Source: Candidatus Algichlamydia australiensis
GTDB lineage: Bacteria; Chlamydiota; Chlamydiia; Chlamydiales; JAJFMI01
NCBI GenBank assembly: GCA_033977065.1
Contig: JAXCHI010000003.1
Location: 128,001-192,000 of the forward strand
DNA: 64,000 nucleotides
Reading direction: 5' to 3'
Position numbers and translations under genes: made by a program. Below the pieces are notes generated by a model, which was not told the DNA's origin, searched no databases, and was given only the letters and a program-made list of their open reading frames with translations. Shown piece after piece: positions 8,999-18,411 of this stretch (the first letter of the stretch is position 1; the number at the start of each line of letters is the position of its first letter).

Positions 8999-10093
8999 TC
9001 AAAAGTCAAACCTCAGCCGCAATGTAAATCCCTGCATTACAAGTGATCCATGATCTGTCTCCTCTAACACGCGATAAAGTTTGTTCATCTGGAACCAGCG
9101 CTGCTCTTCCCAAAGCATATCTATGGAGAGATGGTACAGACTGTTAAAAAACCAGACCTCACCACGTAATCCTGTTGCAAACTCCAAAACAGGTTGGATC
9201 GTATGAGTGCCGTTTTCCGTTCTAAAACGTACAAAATCGACTCCATTTGTTCCAATTCTGTCAGACCTTTGGACATCAAAGTAGCTCCATAAGCCTGAAA
9301 AGGCAACGTCTCCAATAAATGACCAATACTTATTAAAATGCCACGCACCATCAAACCCTGTACGCATTCCCAATCCGTAAGAGTCCTGTGTAATATGCAT
9401 GCGCTCTTCTTGCATCACTCCCAAATTTGTAACAGAGTCGTAATGGACAACATAATCTTGCTGCTGCCAAGTACCTTTCAATCCAAAATGGGGACGAAAA
9501 GAGAGATACTTACTAAAAAAAGAGTTACGTCCCAGTTCCAACTCAACTACTTGAAACTGCAACTTCCATTCAGCATTTGCTTTATAGGGAATAAAGTCCG
9601 AGTTGATACTCCCACCAATGTACCACGTGCGCTGCAGGTCAGTAGTCGCGCTATCGCGTGTGACAAATCTCTTTGTTCCTTTCGGTTGAATCCATGTGAC
9701 TTGTCCAAAAAGGTCCCAATCATCATGCTCAAGTGAAACTCCTAACCCAAACTTAAAGCCCGAATAGTATCGAAAATCAGGTTCGAAAACCTCTCCACGT
9801 TTTTCTGGTTCTATCCCGAAGTTTTGCACACCGCTTGTTACAAACTCAAGACCTGATTCACGCCCTGTCCAATAGAGGTAGGAGCCGGTCATAAAATACC
9901 CAGCTCCGCCTTTTACGCGTGGACCTGCGGAGGGAGTTGCGTAATATTCTAGCATTGCATCGCACGGTCTATGTAAAGCGACAGAACTTTCCCATGGGCA
10001 GCCACAAGCTGAGCCCGTTTGGCTCAAGCTTTGTTCGGAGTCTTTTTGTGCAAAAAGACAGACAGGAATTAGCAGAAAAAGTTTTCGAAACAT
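8999..10093 (-). CDS. Lpg1974/MOMP-like porin, paralogue 4
   Basis: Signal peptide MFRKLFLL (ATG 10093 preferred); YLYWTGRESGL, LGRNSFF, WEEQRWF motifs; ends in FDF. Confidence 0.87.
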   Translation of the reverse strand: MFRKLFLLIPVCLFAQKDSEQSLSQTGSACGCPWESSVALHRPCDAMLEYYATPSAGPRVKGGAGYFMTGSYLYWTGRESGLEFVTSGVQNFGIEPEKRGEVFEPDFRYYSGFKFGLGVSLEHDDWDLFGQVTWIQPKGTKRFVTRDSATTDLQRTWYIGGSINSDFIPYKANAEWKLQFQVVELELGRNSFFSKYLSFRPHFGLKGTWQQQDYVVHYDSVTNLGVMQEERMHITQDSYGLGMRTGFDGAWHFNKYWSFIGDVAFSGLWSYFDVQRSDRIGTNGVDFVRFRTENGTHTIQPVLEFATGLRGEVWFFNSLYHLSIDMLWEEQRWFQMNKLYRVLEETDHGSLVMQGFTLRLRFDF

Positions 10094-10168
10094 ACGGCAG
10101 TAGACCTTACTGTAGATGAGCAAAAACAATTTTTGCAAGACCAACATTTAATATAGGGAAAGAGAAAT

Positions 10169-10382
10169 AAAAAAAATGGCCACCATACCGAGTCGGGGTG
10201 CGCGTACCGACGCACCCCCGCTCCCCCTTGAGTTTCACCTCGCCATGCCAAATCGCGTGCTCGTCGGAGGGGCGTGCACAGCACTACCCCGTCCTCCTGC
10301 GCTGCAATTTTTCAGTGCCGATCTGAAACCGCGGAGCGTTCGGTCGCGCTTCGCGTCATCCCTCACGCGGCTAATTTTTTTT
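10169..10382 (-). repeat. Structured GC-rich element family D, diverged inverted copy
   Basis: Reverse complement aligns with the core 21376..21609 / 21783..22016 (e.g. TCAGAT.GGC..TGAAAAATTGC.G.GCAGGAGGA...GTAGTGCT.TGCACG...TCCGACGA). Confidence 0.8.
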
Positions 10383-10517
10383 ATTGAAGCGCGAAGCGAT
10401 TAACTGTTTTCAAAAAGTGTGGTATATGCGCGAAGCGGCGTGACGGCTTCATATCGCAAAGCAAAATCGGATTTTAGACGTCGTGGCAGTACTGCGTACG
10501 GCGTGGTGGCTGAGAGG

Positions 10518-10674
10518 GAGGCTTCGAATTGCTTTCATTCACAAAAAGAAAGATTTTTTTACAGAAAAAGTTTCTGCAGAGCGGAGCAAACTTTTTAAAG
10601 TTTGTATAGCTCGAAGAGCTTTTACTGGGGAAAAAGATGATTTTTGTGAGTGGAATGAATTTGAAGGCAGCCTC
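10518..10674. repeat. Palindromic miniature element family G (single copy in window)
   Basis: GAGGCT...AGCCTC ends; long stem TTCATTCACAAAAA / TTTTTGTGAGTGGA; central CAAACTTT-TT-AAAGTTTG hairpin. Confidence 0.65.
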
Positions 10675-10713
10675 GTAAATTTGATTTGGCGCAGCGAGAT
10701 GGAGACGAATATT

Positions 10714-11961
10714 TTAAAAAGATAATTCAGGCTGAAGTAAGAGCATTGTTTCTTTTAGCACTTCGGCAAACGTATCTACCTCTTCAGGCGTAGAATAAAT
10801 ACCAAATGATATGCGAGCAAGTGAAGTAATACCAAAACGTTTGAGAGTAGGCTGCGCACAAAGATGTCCCGTCCGTAGCGCAACTCCTTTAAGGCCCATA
10901 AGCGTTCCAATATCAAGGGCATGAAGACCCTCAACGGTAAAAGAGATGATCCCCCCTTTTTCTGGTGCTGCCCCCCAAATCTTCACCTCATCAATAGCCT
11001 GAAGCGCTTTTGTCGCTTTGAGGAGGAGTCTCTGCTCCCAATCGCGAATCTCTTCAAGCCCCCAGCGTGTGAGAAAATCGATTGCTTCACCGAGACCAAT
11101 TACCTGAGCAATAAGAGGTGTTCCTGCTTCAAACTTAAGTGGTGCACCTTGAAAAGTAGTCCCCTCAATGGAGACACGCTCAATCATATCTCCGCCACCT
11201 TGATAAGGAGGAAGCTCTTCTAAAAGTTCGCGTTTACCATAGAGAATTCCTACTCCTGTTGGCCCATACATTTTATGGCCTGAAAAGGCGTAGAAATCAC
11301 AATTGATTTTTTGCATGTCCAGCGGAATATGGCCTGCTGCCTGCGCCCCATCAATCATTACTTTTGCACCTACCGCATGCGCTGCACGGACAATCTCCTC
11401 GATAGGATTGCAAGTACCGGTGGTATTGGCAATGTGTGCAAGACTTACAATTTTGGTTTTAGGTGTCAGAAGTTTTTGAAATTTTCCCCAATCTAATTCG
11501 CCAGACTCTGTCATGGGAACCCACTTTAAAGTCGCACCGCGCTCTTTTGCCATAAGCTGCCACGGCACAATATTGGAGTGATGTTCCATCTCCGAGATCA
11601 GAATCTCATCGCCCTCTCTAATAAATTTTTTGCCAAATGAAGAGGCAACAAGATTAATTGAATCTGTTGTTCCACTGGTAAAAATAATCTCCTCTTCTTC
11701 TTTCGCATGAATCAGCTTCTGCACTTTGCGCCGCACTACAGAGTAGGTCTCTGTTGCTTTTGCAGCAATTTCATAAATAGCGCGGTGGACTGTTGCATAC
11801 TCTTCTGCGTAGAAATGACTCATAGCATCAATTACGCATGTAGGCTTGTGGCTTGTGGCAGCCGTATCGAAATAGATGAGAGGCCTGCCACTCATCTGCT
11901 TTTTTAAAATAGGGAATTCACGGCGCACCTCAGAGATGTCAAAATCATGTCTTGCATTCAT
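10714..11961 (-). CDS. sufS: Cysteine desulfurase SufS
   Basis: YFDTAATSHKP, EHHSNIVPW, FSGHKMYGPTG (PLP lysine) and RTGHLCAQP motifs. Confidence 0.96.
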   Translation of the reverse strand: MNARHDFDISEVRREFPILKKQMSGRPLIYFDTAATSHKPTCVIDAMSHFYAEEYATVHRAIYEIAAKATETYSVVRRKVQKLIHAKEEEEIIFTSGTTDSINLVASSFGKKFIREGDEILISEMEHHSNIVPWQLMAKERGATLKWVPMTESGELDWGKFQKLLTPKTKIVSLAHIANTTGTCNPIEEIVRAAHAVGAKVMIDGAQAAGHIPLDMQKINCDFYAFSGHKMYGPTGVGILYGKRELLEELPPYQGGGDMIERVSIEGTTFQGAPLKFEAGTPLIAQVIGLGEAIDFLTRWGLEEIRDWEQRLLLKATKALQAIDEVKIWGAAPEKGGIISFTVEGLHALDIGTLMGLKGVALRTGHLCAQPTLKRFGITSLARISFGIYSTPEEVDTFAEVLKETMLLLQPELSF

Positions 11962-13067
11962 AAAGACTCCGCTACAACTTTTTGCAGTGCCGTATCTTCA
12001 AAGAGTGTAAGAAGAAATCCTTTGAGGAGCATCTGCTTGCCTAATTTTTTTTCGATTCCACGTGTTTGTAAGTAGTGTAGGTAGCGCTTATCCACTTCGC
12101 TGACTGTTGCTCCGTGGGAAGCTTTAACATCATCCGCAAAAATCTCAAGATTAGGCTTGCTAAAAGCGCTTGCCTTAGGGTCTAAGAGAAGGTGGTTAGT
12201 GAGCTGGTAGGCGTCGGTAAGCAGAGCCTCTTTTTCAACATAAATTTTCCCTTCAAAGCTTGCTCGCGATCTGCCAGATAAAATATTTTTAAAGTGCTGG
12301 TGAGAAGTTGTTTTAGGAGCGATATGGTGAGCCAAAACGTTCACATGATGCTGCGCATCATCAGCTAATTGTGCAGCTCCTTTAAGCATTGCATCTGCTC
12401 TTTCTCCACGCAACTCTACGTTCACCTCTTCGCGTGCAATCCCTTCACCTGTTCTGAAGGAGTGGTTTTGTAGCCGCGCATTTTCATGGATACGCGCTTG
12501 CATTGTACCAAAAAAACGAGCTTGTTTCTCTAGGTGCAGGTGCTCCTCGATTAAAAGCTCCGCTCCCTTCTCAAGGGCGATCTCTGTTGACGAGAAGGTC
12601 CAACCACTCACTATTGTATTGCGATGCAGTTTTACTCTAGCTCCCTCTCCTAAAAAAATTGTGAGATGAGGAAACGCATTTTTGAGAAATGTTTTTGATA
12701 AATCCAGAGGCGCGTCCAGCTCCACTCGGGGAGGAATATAGAGGAAGAGCCCCTCTCCTGAAAGAGCCTTTGAAAGTTTTAGGAAGGAGCTCTCCCTTCT
12801 TTGGGAAAAGAAGAGCGAACCATACTGTTTTTTAGCTTGGGAGAGTGGAAGAGCAACTACAGGTTTTGGAAAAGAGAAATCGTAGTTAAGAGTCTCAAAA
12901 TCAGAAAGAGTCTCTTCATAGAGACTCTCAAGCGGAAAGTAGCGAAATGCATCCTCTTTTGGGTTGGGCAAACCTTGCTCTATAAAAGCCTCCCAACTAC
13001 GCCTCTGTTCGCTATCACGCTCCTCTTTTTCAAAAAGAGAGAACAAACTTTTCTCAAGAGCTGACAT
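11958..13067 (-). CDS. sufD: Fe-S cluster assembly protein SufD
   Basis: KPNLEIFADDVKASHGATV and YLQTRGI motifs; position in the suf operon; start uncertain (13067-13088). Confidence 0.92.
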   Translation of the reverse strand: MSALEKSLFSLFEKEERDSEQRRSWEAFIEQGLPNPKEDAFRYFPLESLYEETLSDFETLNYDFSFPKPVVALPLSQAKKQYGSLFFSQRRESSFLKLSKALSGEGLFLYIPPRVELDAPLDLSKTFLKNAFPHLTIFLGEGARVKLHRNTIVSGWTFSSTEIALEKGAELLIEEHLHLEKQARFFGTMQARIHENARLQNHSFRTGEGIAREEVNVELRGERADAMLKGAAQLADDAQHHVNVLAHHIAPKTTSHQHFKNILSGRSRASFEGKIYVEKEALLTDAYQLTNHLLLDPKASAFSKPNLEIFADDVKASHGATVSEVDKRYLHYLQTRGIEKKLGKQMLLKGFLLTLFEDTALQKVVAESL

Positions 13068-13794
13068 GCACATACCCCTCTCTTTCAAGCTCTAATGCGA
13101 GGCTAGCATCACCACTTTTTACAATTTTTCCATCAGCTAAGACGTGTACAAAATCGGGCTTGATGTAGTTAAGCAGACGCTGGTAGTGGGTAATCAAAAT
13201 GAGCCCTTTTTCCGGCTTCATTAGCTTATTAACCCCCTCTGATACAACTTTTAACGCATCGATATCAAGTCCTGAGTCTGTCTCATCTAAAATAGAAAAT
13301 TTGGGGTCTAAAATCGCCATTTGCAAGATCTCATTGCGCTTCTTCTCTCCTCCAGAAAAGCCTGTATTGAGGTCGCGCTCTAAAATGGTTGTGCGAAAAC
13401 CAAGATCCTTTGCCACATCCTCTGCTCTTTCTCGAAATTCTTCTGCTGAAAGAGGCTCTTCGCCCTTAGCTTTGCGATGCGCGTTGAAGGCTTGGTGTAA
13501 AAACTCAATATTTTGAATTCCTGGAATCTCGATTGGATATTGAAAACCCATAAAAAGTCCAAGGTGGGCGCGCTCGTCTGGTTCAAGCTCTAAAATATTC
13601 TGGCCCTCAAAAAGAATTTCTCCGCTTGTTACTTCATATTCAGGATCGCCTGAAATAATTTTAGCAAGCGTCGATTTGCCCGCTCCATTTGGACCCATAA
13701 TTGCGTGAATCTCACCAGGGTTAACACTTAGAGAGATCCCTTTCAAAATAGGTGTTTCTTCAATTTCTACGTGGAGATCTTTGATAATTAACAT
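13054..13794 (-). CDS. sufC: Fe-S cluster assembly ATPase SufC
   Basis: GPNGAGKST, FSGGEKKRNEILQ, LDETDSGLDIDAL and ITHYQRLL motifs. Confidence 0.97.
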   Translation of the reverse strand: MLIIKDLHVEIEETPILKGISLSVNPGEIHAIMGPNGAGKSTLAKIISGDPEYEVTSGEILFEGQNILELEPDERAHLGLFMGFQYPIEIPGIQNIEFLHQAFNAHRKAKGEEPLSAEEFRERAEDVAKDLGFRTTILERDLNTGFSGGEKKRNEILQMAILDPKFSILDETDSGLDIDALKVVSEGVNKLMKPEKGLILITHYQRLLNYIKPDFVHVLADGKIVKSGDASLALELEREGYVHVSS

Positions 13795-13795
13795 A

Positions 13796-15235
13796 TTAGC
13801 CTACGGAGTTTTCCAGTTTTAAAGTTAAAAGTTTCTCAGCTTCAACGGCAAACTCCAGAGGGAGTTCTTTGTAAACCTGCTTGCAAAAGCCGCTTAAAAT
13901 CAGCTGAATCGCATCCTCGTGAGAAAAGCCTCTCGAGCGTAAATAAAAGATTTGTTCCTCATTCATCTTGGACGTCGACGCCTCATGCTCTACTTCAGCT
14001 TGATCTGTAAACGTTTCAATATAGGGAAAAGTATTAGCAGAACACTCACACCCAACTAGCATCGAATCACACTGCGTGTAGTTGCGCGCTCCCTCCGCCT
14101 TCGCCCCCATCTTTACAAGACCTCGATAGGTATTATGCGATTGATCTGCCGAGATCCCTTTCGAAATAATTGTCGACTTTGTCTTCTTCCCTACATGATA
14201 CATCTTAGTACCTGTGTCTGCCTGCATTTTGCCGCTAGTTAGGGCCACAGAGTAGAACTCTCCGACTGACTCATCCCCTTGCAGAATACAGCTTGGATAC
14301 TTCCACGTAATTGCCGCACCTGCTTCGACTTGTGTCCAAGAAATCTTGGAACGAAACCCTGCGCAGCGTCCCCTCTTTGTGACAAAATTATAAATGCCAC
14401 CCTTGCCTGTCTTTGGATCACCTGAGTACCAGTTCTGAACGGTTGAATATTTAATTTCGGCACTTTTTTTTGCTACAAGTTCTACAACAGCTGCGTGAAG
14501 CTGATTCTCATCATAAGCGGGTGCTGTGCACCCTTCCAAATAGCTGACATAGGAATCTTCTTCCGCCACAATTAGCGTACGCTCAAACTGTCCGGTCTCC
14601 CGCTCATTGATGCGGAAATAGGTGGAAAGCTCAATGGGAGAACGCACTCCTTTTGGAACGTAGACAAAAGAGCCGTCTGAAAAAACAGCAGAATTTAAAG
14701 CGGCAAAAAAGTTATCTCCAATTGGCACCACTGTACCAAGATGCTCCTCAATAAGTTCGGGGTATTTTTGTACCGCTTCACTCATAGAGCAGAGTACAAC
14801 TCCCGCCTCTTCTAATGTTTTTTTAAACGTTGTTCCAAGCGAAACGGAGTCAAAAACAACATCGACTGCAACATTGGCTAAACGCTTCTGCTCGTCAAGC
14901 GGAATTCCCAATTTTTCAAACGTACGCAAGAGCTCAGGATCGACCTCATCTAAACTGCTAAGTTGTGGCTTCCCTTTTGGCTCAGAGTAGTAACGAATAT
15001 TTTGGAAATCTATAGGATCAATTTTAAGATTGGCCCACGAAGGCTCCTTCATCTTTTGCCACTTTTGAAAAGCTTTCAAACGAAAATCCAAAAGAAATTT
15101 TGGCTCATTCTTTTTTTGAGAAATGGCGCGAATAATCTCCTCATTTAGCCCTTTTTCAAAGGTCTCAGACTCAATATCTGTCACAAAGCCATACTTATAA
15201 TCGGCTCTCTCATCAAGAAGTTCTTGTGTTGTCAT
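13796..15235 (-). CDS. sufB: Fe-S cluster assembly protein SufB
   Basis: [41 protein letters not shown] and LEFAVEA motifs. Confidence 0.97.
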   Translation of the reverse strand: MTTQELLDERADYKYGFVTDIESETFEKGLNEEIIRAISQKKNEPKFLLDFRLKAFQKWQKMKEPSWANLKIDPIDFQNIRYYSEPKGKPQLSSLDEVDPELLRTFEKLGIPLDEQKRLANVAVDVVFDSVSLGTTFKKTLEEAGVVLCSMSEAVQKYPELIEEHLGTVVPIGDNFFAALNSAVFSDGSFVYVPKGVRSPIELSTYFRINERETGQFERTLIVAEEDSYVSYLEGCTAPAYDENQLHAAVVELVAKKSAEIKYSTVQNWYSGDPKTGKGGIYNFVTKRGRCAGFRSKISWTQVEAGAAITWKYPSCILQGDESVGEFYSVALTSGKMQADTGTKMYHVGKKTKSTIISKGISADQSHNTYRGLVKMGAKAEGARNYTQCDSMLVGCECSANTFPYIETFTDQAEVEHEASTSKMNEEQIFYLRSRGFSHEDAIQLILSGFCKQVYKELPLEFAVEAEKLLTLKLENSVG

Positions 15236-15254
15236 AAAAAAATCCTATGTGTAA

Positions 15255-15283
15255 AGGATACGTGGATGGTGAATCGAAGTCAA
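15255..15283 (-). promoter_or_regulatory. Promoter of the suf operon
   Basis: Minus strand reads TTGACT-N17-TATCCT. Confidence 0.65.
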
Positions 15284-15285
15284 CT

Positions 15286-15996
15286 CTAACTACCCCAAAG
15301 AGTAGCATAGATTTTCTCTAATTTTATGAAATCATTTTTTGTATCGATTCCAAGAGCTTCCCCATCAGTCTTGTTAACACAAATTTTTAATCCATTCTCC
15401 AAAAATCGAAGCTGTTCAAGATGCTCAGCCTTTTCGAGAGAAGAAGGGGGGAAATGCGCAAGCTTTCGCAAGGTCTCTTCTGTGTAAGCATAGATTCCAA
15501 GATGCTGAAAAAAAGTACTTCCATTATGAGGAATGGGGCAGCGCGAGAAGTAGAGAGCATGTCCTTGTCGATCTGTCACAACTTTCACCTTGTTAGGATC
15601 TGTAATCTGCTCTTTTTTTCTAATTCTTTTTTTTAATGTCCAGACATCTCCTCTACCCTGAAGGAGATCCTCGATCATTTTGGGAGTAATTAAGGGCTCA
15701 TCCGCTTGCCAATTGATGATCACATCACCTGAAATTTTTCCCCTCTCTACAAGTTCGGCAATACGCATTGTTCCACTAGAGCAGTTTTTGCAGGTGAGAA
15801 TCGCCTTAGCACCAAAAGAGCGAACAAGATCAAGAGTCTCCTCCGCATCAACTGCTACTACAATCTCGTCAAACGGGCATTTTTTTGCTGCCTCGTACGT
15901 CCACTGCAATAAAGATTTTCCTTGTAGCTCGGCAAGAATTTTTTTGGGAAATCGTGTTGAGTTTAACCTCGCTGGAATCACACAAACTTTACGCAT
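15286..15996 (-). CDS. kdsB: 3-deoxy-manno-octulosonate cytidylyltransferase
   Basis: IPARLNSTRFPKK, SGT.RI, INWQADEP, ALYFSRCPIP, HLGIYAY and LEQLRFLE motifs. Confidence 0.94.
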   Translation of the reverse strand: MRKVCVIPARLNSTRFPKKILAELQGKSLLQWTYEAAKKCPFDEIVVAVDAEETLDLVRSFGAKAILTCKNCSSGTMRIAELVERGKISGDVIINWQADEPLITPKMIEDLLQGRGDVWTLKKRIRKKEQITDPNKVKVVTDRQGHALYFSRCPIPHNGSTFFQHLGIYAYTEETLRKLAHFPPSSLEKAEHLEQLRFLENGLKICVNKTDGEALGIDTKNDFIKLEKIYATLWGS

Positions 15997-16005
15997 AAGC
16001 GCTCA

Positions 16006-17004
16006 TTATACCTCAACTGTTTCGCTTAGTCGAGCCTCCCACCAGCGAATTGTCTCCTTTAATCCTTCGCGAAAAGGTTTTTCAGGCCTCCAGTCTAAAG
16101 AAAATATTTTAGTCGGGTCGATTGCGTACCGAAAATCGTGTCCTGGGCGATCTTTTACATAGATAATACGCCCCTCTTTTTTACTACCTCGCACTTCACC
16201 AAAAAGCTCCACAAGTAGGTGGATCAGATCGCGGTTACTCCACTCATTTTCTCCTCCAATATTGTAAACTTCACCCGCACGCCCCTTCTCAAGAATCGCA
16301 TGCACAGCTTTTGCATGATCTTCGACAAAGATCCAATCCCGTACATTTTCTCCATTTCCATAAAGCGTTAATGGTTCATCGTTGATCAAGCGCTTGATCA
16401 TTTGAGGGATCAGCTTCTCTTCATGCTGTCCGGGGCCAAAATTGTTAGAGCTGTGCGAAACCGTTGCAGATATCCCGTAAGTTTTTATATAGCTGCGCAC
16501 AAGATGGTCTGAAGCTGCCTTCGATGCGCTATAGGGAGAGTTAGGACGATAGGGCGACTCTTCAGTAAAAACTCCTTCCGGGCCTAAAGCTCCGTAGACT
16601 TCATCGGTTGAGATGTGGTGAAAATGGATCTTTGGATGACGGCGCACAATTTCAAGAAGATTTGACGTTCCAATAACATTTGTCAGTAGAAAATCTTTCG
16701 GGCCCTCGATGCTGCGATCAACGTGACTCTCTGCTGCAAAATGCACAATAAAATCAAACTGCTCCTCGCGAAAAAGCGTAAAAAGTAAATATTCATCTTG
16801 AATATTCCCTTTTACGAAACGGTAGTGCTCCCCCTCTTCAATCCCATTTAAATTTTGCAAATCCGCAGCGTAGGTCATAGCATCAAGATTAATAATACGG
16901 CCAGAAAAATCTTTATCCTGCAACAAATGCTTTATGAAGGCAGAGCCCATAAAACCCGCACCGCCCGTTACTAAAATTTTAGCTTTTGATAAGTTCCTGC
17001 ACAT
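16006..17004 (-). CDS. rfbB: dTDP-glucose 4,6-dehydratase
   Basis: TGGAGFMGS, HFAAESHVDRSI, STDEVYG, PYSASKA and DRPGHDFRYA motifs. Confidence 0.96.
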   Translation of the reverse strand: MCRNLSKAKILVTGGAGFMGSAFIKHLLQDKDFSGRIINLDAMTYAADLQNLNGIEEGEHYRFVKGNIQDEYLLFTLFREEQFDFIVHFAAESHVDRSIEGPKDFLLTNVIGTSNLLEIVRRHPKIHFHHISTDEVYGALGPEGVFTEESPYRPNSPYSASKAASDHLVRSYIKTYGISATVSHSSNNFGPGQHEEKLIPQMIKRLINDEPLTLYGNGENVRDWIFVEDHAKAVHAILEKGRAGEVYNIGGENEWSNRDLIHLLVELFGEVRGSKKEGRIIYVKDRPGHDFRYAIDPTKIFSLDWRPEKPFREGLKETIRWWEARLSETVEV

Positions 17005-17818
17005 AATCTGACAGCCCCTCTTTCCAATCTCGCGCTACTATGAACTCTTGCGCTTTTTTTGTCGACAGAACAGAAAACTCCGGTCTTGCTGCTGCTGTCG
17101 GATACTCTTCAGATCGAATCTTCTCGATCGTCTCACATATTAAACTCTCTTCCGGTAACAGCTCCGCAATCACCTCTGCAAAACCGTGCCAGGAAATTTC
17201 TCCCTTTCCTGCAACATGATAAATCCCCTCCTGCTCTAATAAATCAAGCGTTGCTTTCGCCAAGTCATCCGCATAAGTGGGTTTTCCAACCTGATCTCCT
17301 ACAACACGCAAAGATTTTTTTTCCTGCAGTAGTCTGACCATTGTCTTCACAAAATTCCCTCGCCCTCGCCCAAAAAGCCAAGAAGTACGGATGATCAAAT
17401 TATGAGCGGAGATTTCTAAAGCGGCCTTTTCCCCTTCCCATTTGCTCTTACCATAAACAGAGAGTGGAGAGGGAGGATCACTCTCCAGATAAGGTTTTCT
17501 CTTTTTGCCATCAAAGACAAAATCTGTAGAAAAGTGGACCAACTTGGCGCTATTTTTCTTTGCAGCTAAAGCTAAATTGCGTACGCCTTCACAATTGACT
17601 TGATACGCTCTCTCTTCTTCCGATTCCGCTTTATCCACATCCGTGTAAGCTGCGCAATTAAAAACATGCGTATACCCAGTGATCGCATTTACAGCCTTCT
17701 CATTGCAAATATTGACCTCTTGCTCACCTGTTACAAAATAGTCAACAGAGAGCTTTGCAAACAGCTTTTCAAAACTATTTGCCAACATCCCCGACTTTCC
17801 AACAAGCCAAATCCTCAT
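16979..17818 (-). CDS. rfbD: dTDP-4-dehydrorhamnose reductase
   Basis: NCAAYTDVDKAE, STDFVFDG, YGKSK and DQVGKPT motifs; ATG 17818 overlaps the rfbC stop. Confidence 0.94.
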   Translation of the reverse strand: MRIWLVGKSGMLANSFEKLFAKLSVDYFVTGEQEVNICNEKAVNAITGYTHVFNCAAYTDVDKAESEEERAYQVNCEGVRNLALAAKKNSAKLVHFSTDFVFDGKKRKPYLESDPPSPLSVYGKSKWEGEKAALEISAHNLIIRTSWLFGRGRGNFVKTMVRLLQEKKSLRVVGDQVGKPTYADDLAKATLDLLEQEGIYHVAGKGEISWHGFAEVIAELLPEESLICETIEKIRSEEYPTAAARPEFSVLSTKKAQEFIVARDWKEGLSDYVQELIKS

Positions 17819-18369
17819 CCAAGAGCTTTTCTGAAAGAAGGACAAGCGAGATCACGATCAGAAACGACAACATGATCTATTGGCCAGCTAATACCGACCT
17901 CAGGATCATCGTAGCGAAAACCACGCTCCTCTTTTGGATCGTAATAATTGCTCACCTTGTACGTTACAATCGCCTCCTCACTTAGCACACAATAACCATG
18001 CGCAAAGCCTGCAGGAATAAAGAGCGATTTATGCTCCTGGTCATCTAAAAAGACCGCAAACCAGCGTCCAAAAGTTGGAGAGTCTTTTCGAATATCAACA
18101 GCAACATCGTAGATTTTTCCCTTAGCAACAGAGACAAGCTTTGCCTGTCCTGGTGAGCCCTGGTAGTGCATCCCACGAATGGTTCCTTTTCTTGACATTG
18201 CCCGATTATCTTGTACAAAGTCGCAATCAATCCCCCCTTCAGCCAACAACTCTCTGCGGTAACTCTCTAAAAAATAGCCGCGATGGTCTTTAAAAACCTT
18301 TGGCACTAGGATTTTTAAGCCTTGAAGGGCGAGGTCATGCACCTCTATCGTCTCTTCACACGTATTCAT
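17815..18369 (-). CDS. rfbC: dTDP-4-dehydrorhamnose 3,5-epimerase
   Basis: DHRGYFLE, QDN, RGMHYQ, QAKLV and GFAHGY motifs. Confidence 0.95.
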   Translation of the reverse strand: MNTCEETIEVHDLALQGLKILVPKVFKDHRGYFLESYRRELLAEGGIDCDFVQDNRAMSRKGTIRGMHYQGSPGQAKLVSVAKGKIYDVAVDIRKDSPTFGRWFAVFLDDQEHKSLFIPAGFAHGYCVLSEEAIVTYKVSNYYDPKEERGFRYDDPEVGISWPIDHVVVSDRDLACPSFRKALG

Positions 18370-18411
18370 AATACCCTAACAAATCAGTAATATGAATTTA
18401 ATCTACAACCC

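Noticed and set aside
10176..10725. Short ORFs of 71-80 aa in the sufS-porin spacer
   Set aside because: They lie within palindromic elements D and G; no RBS or recognisable protein features.
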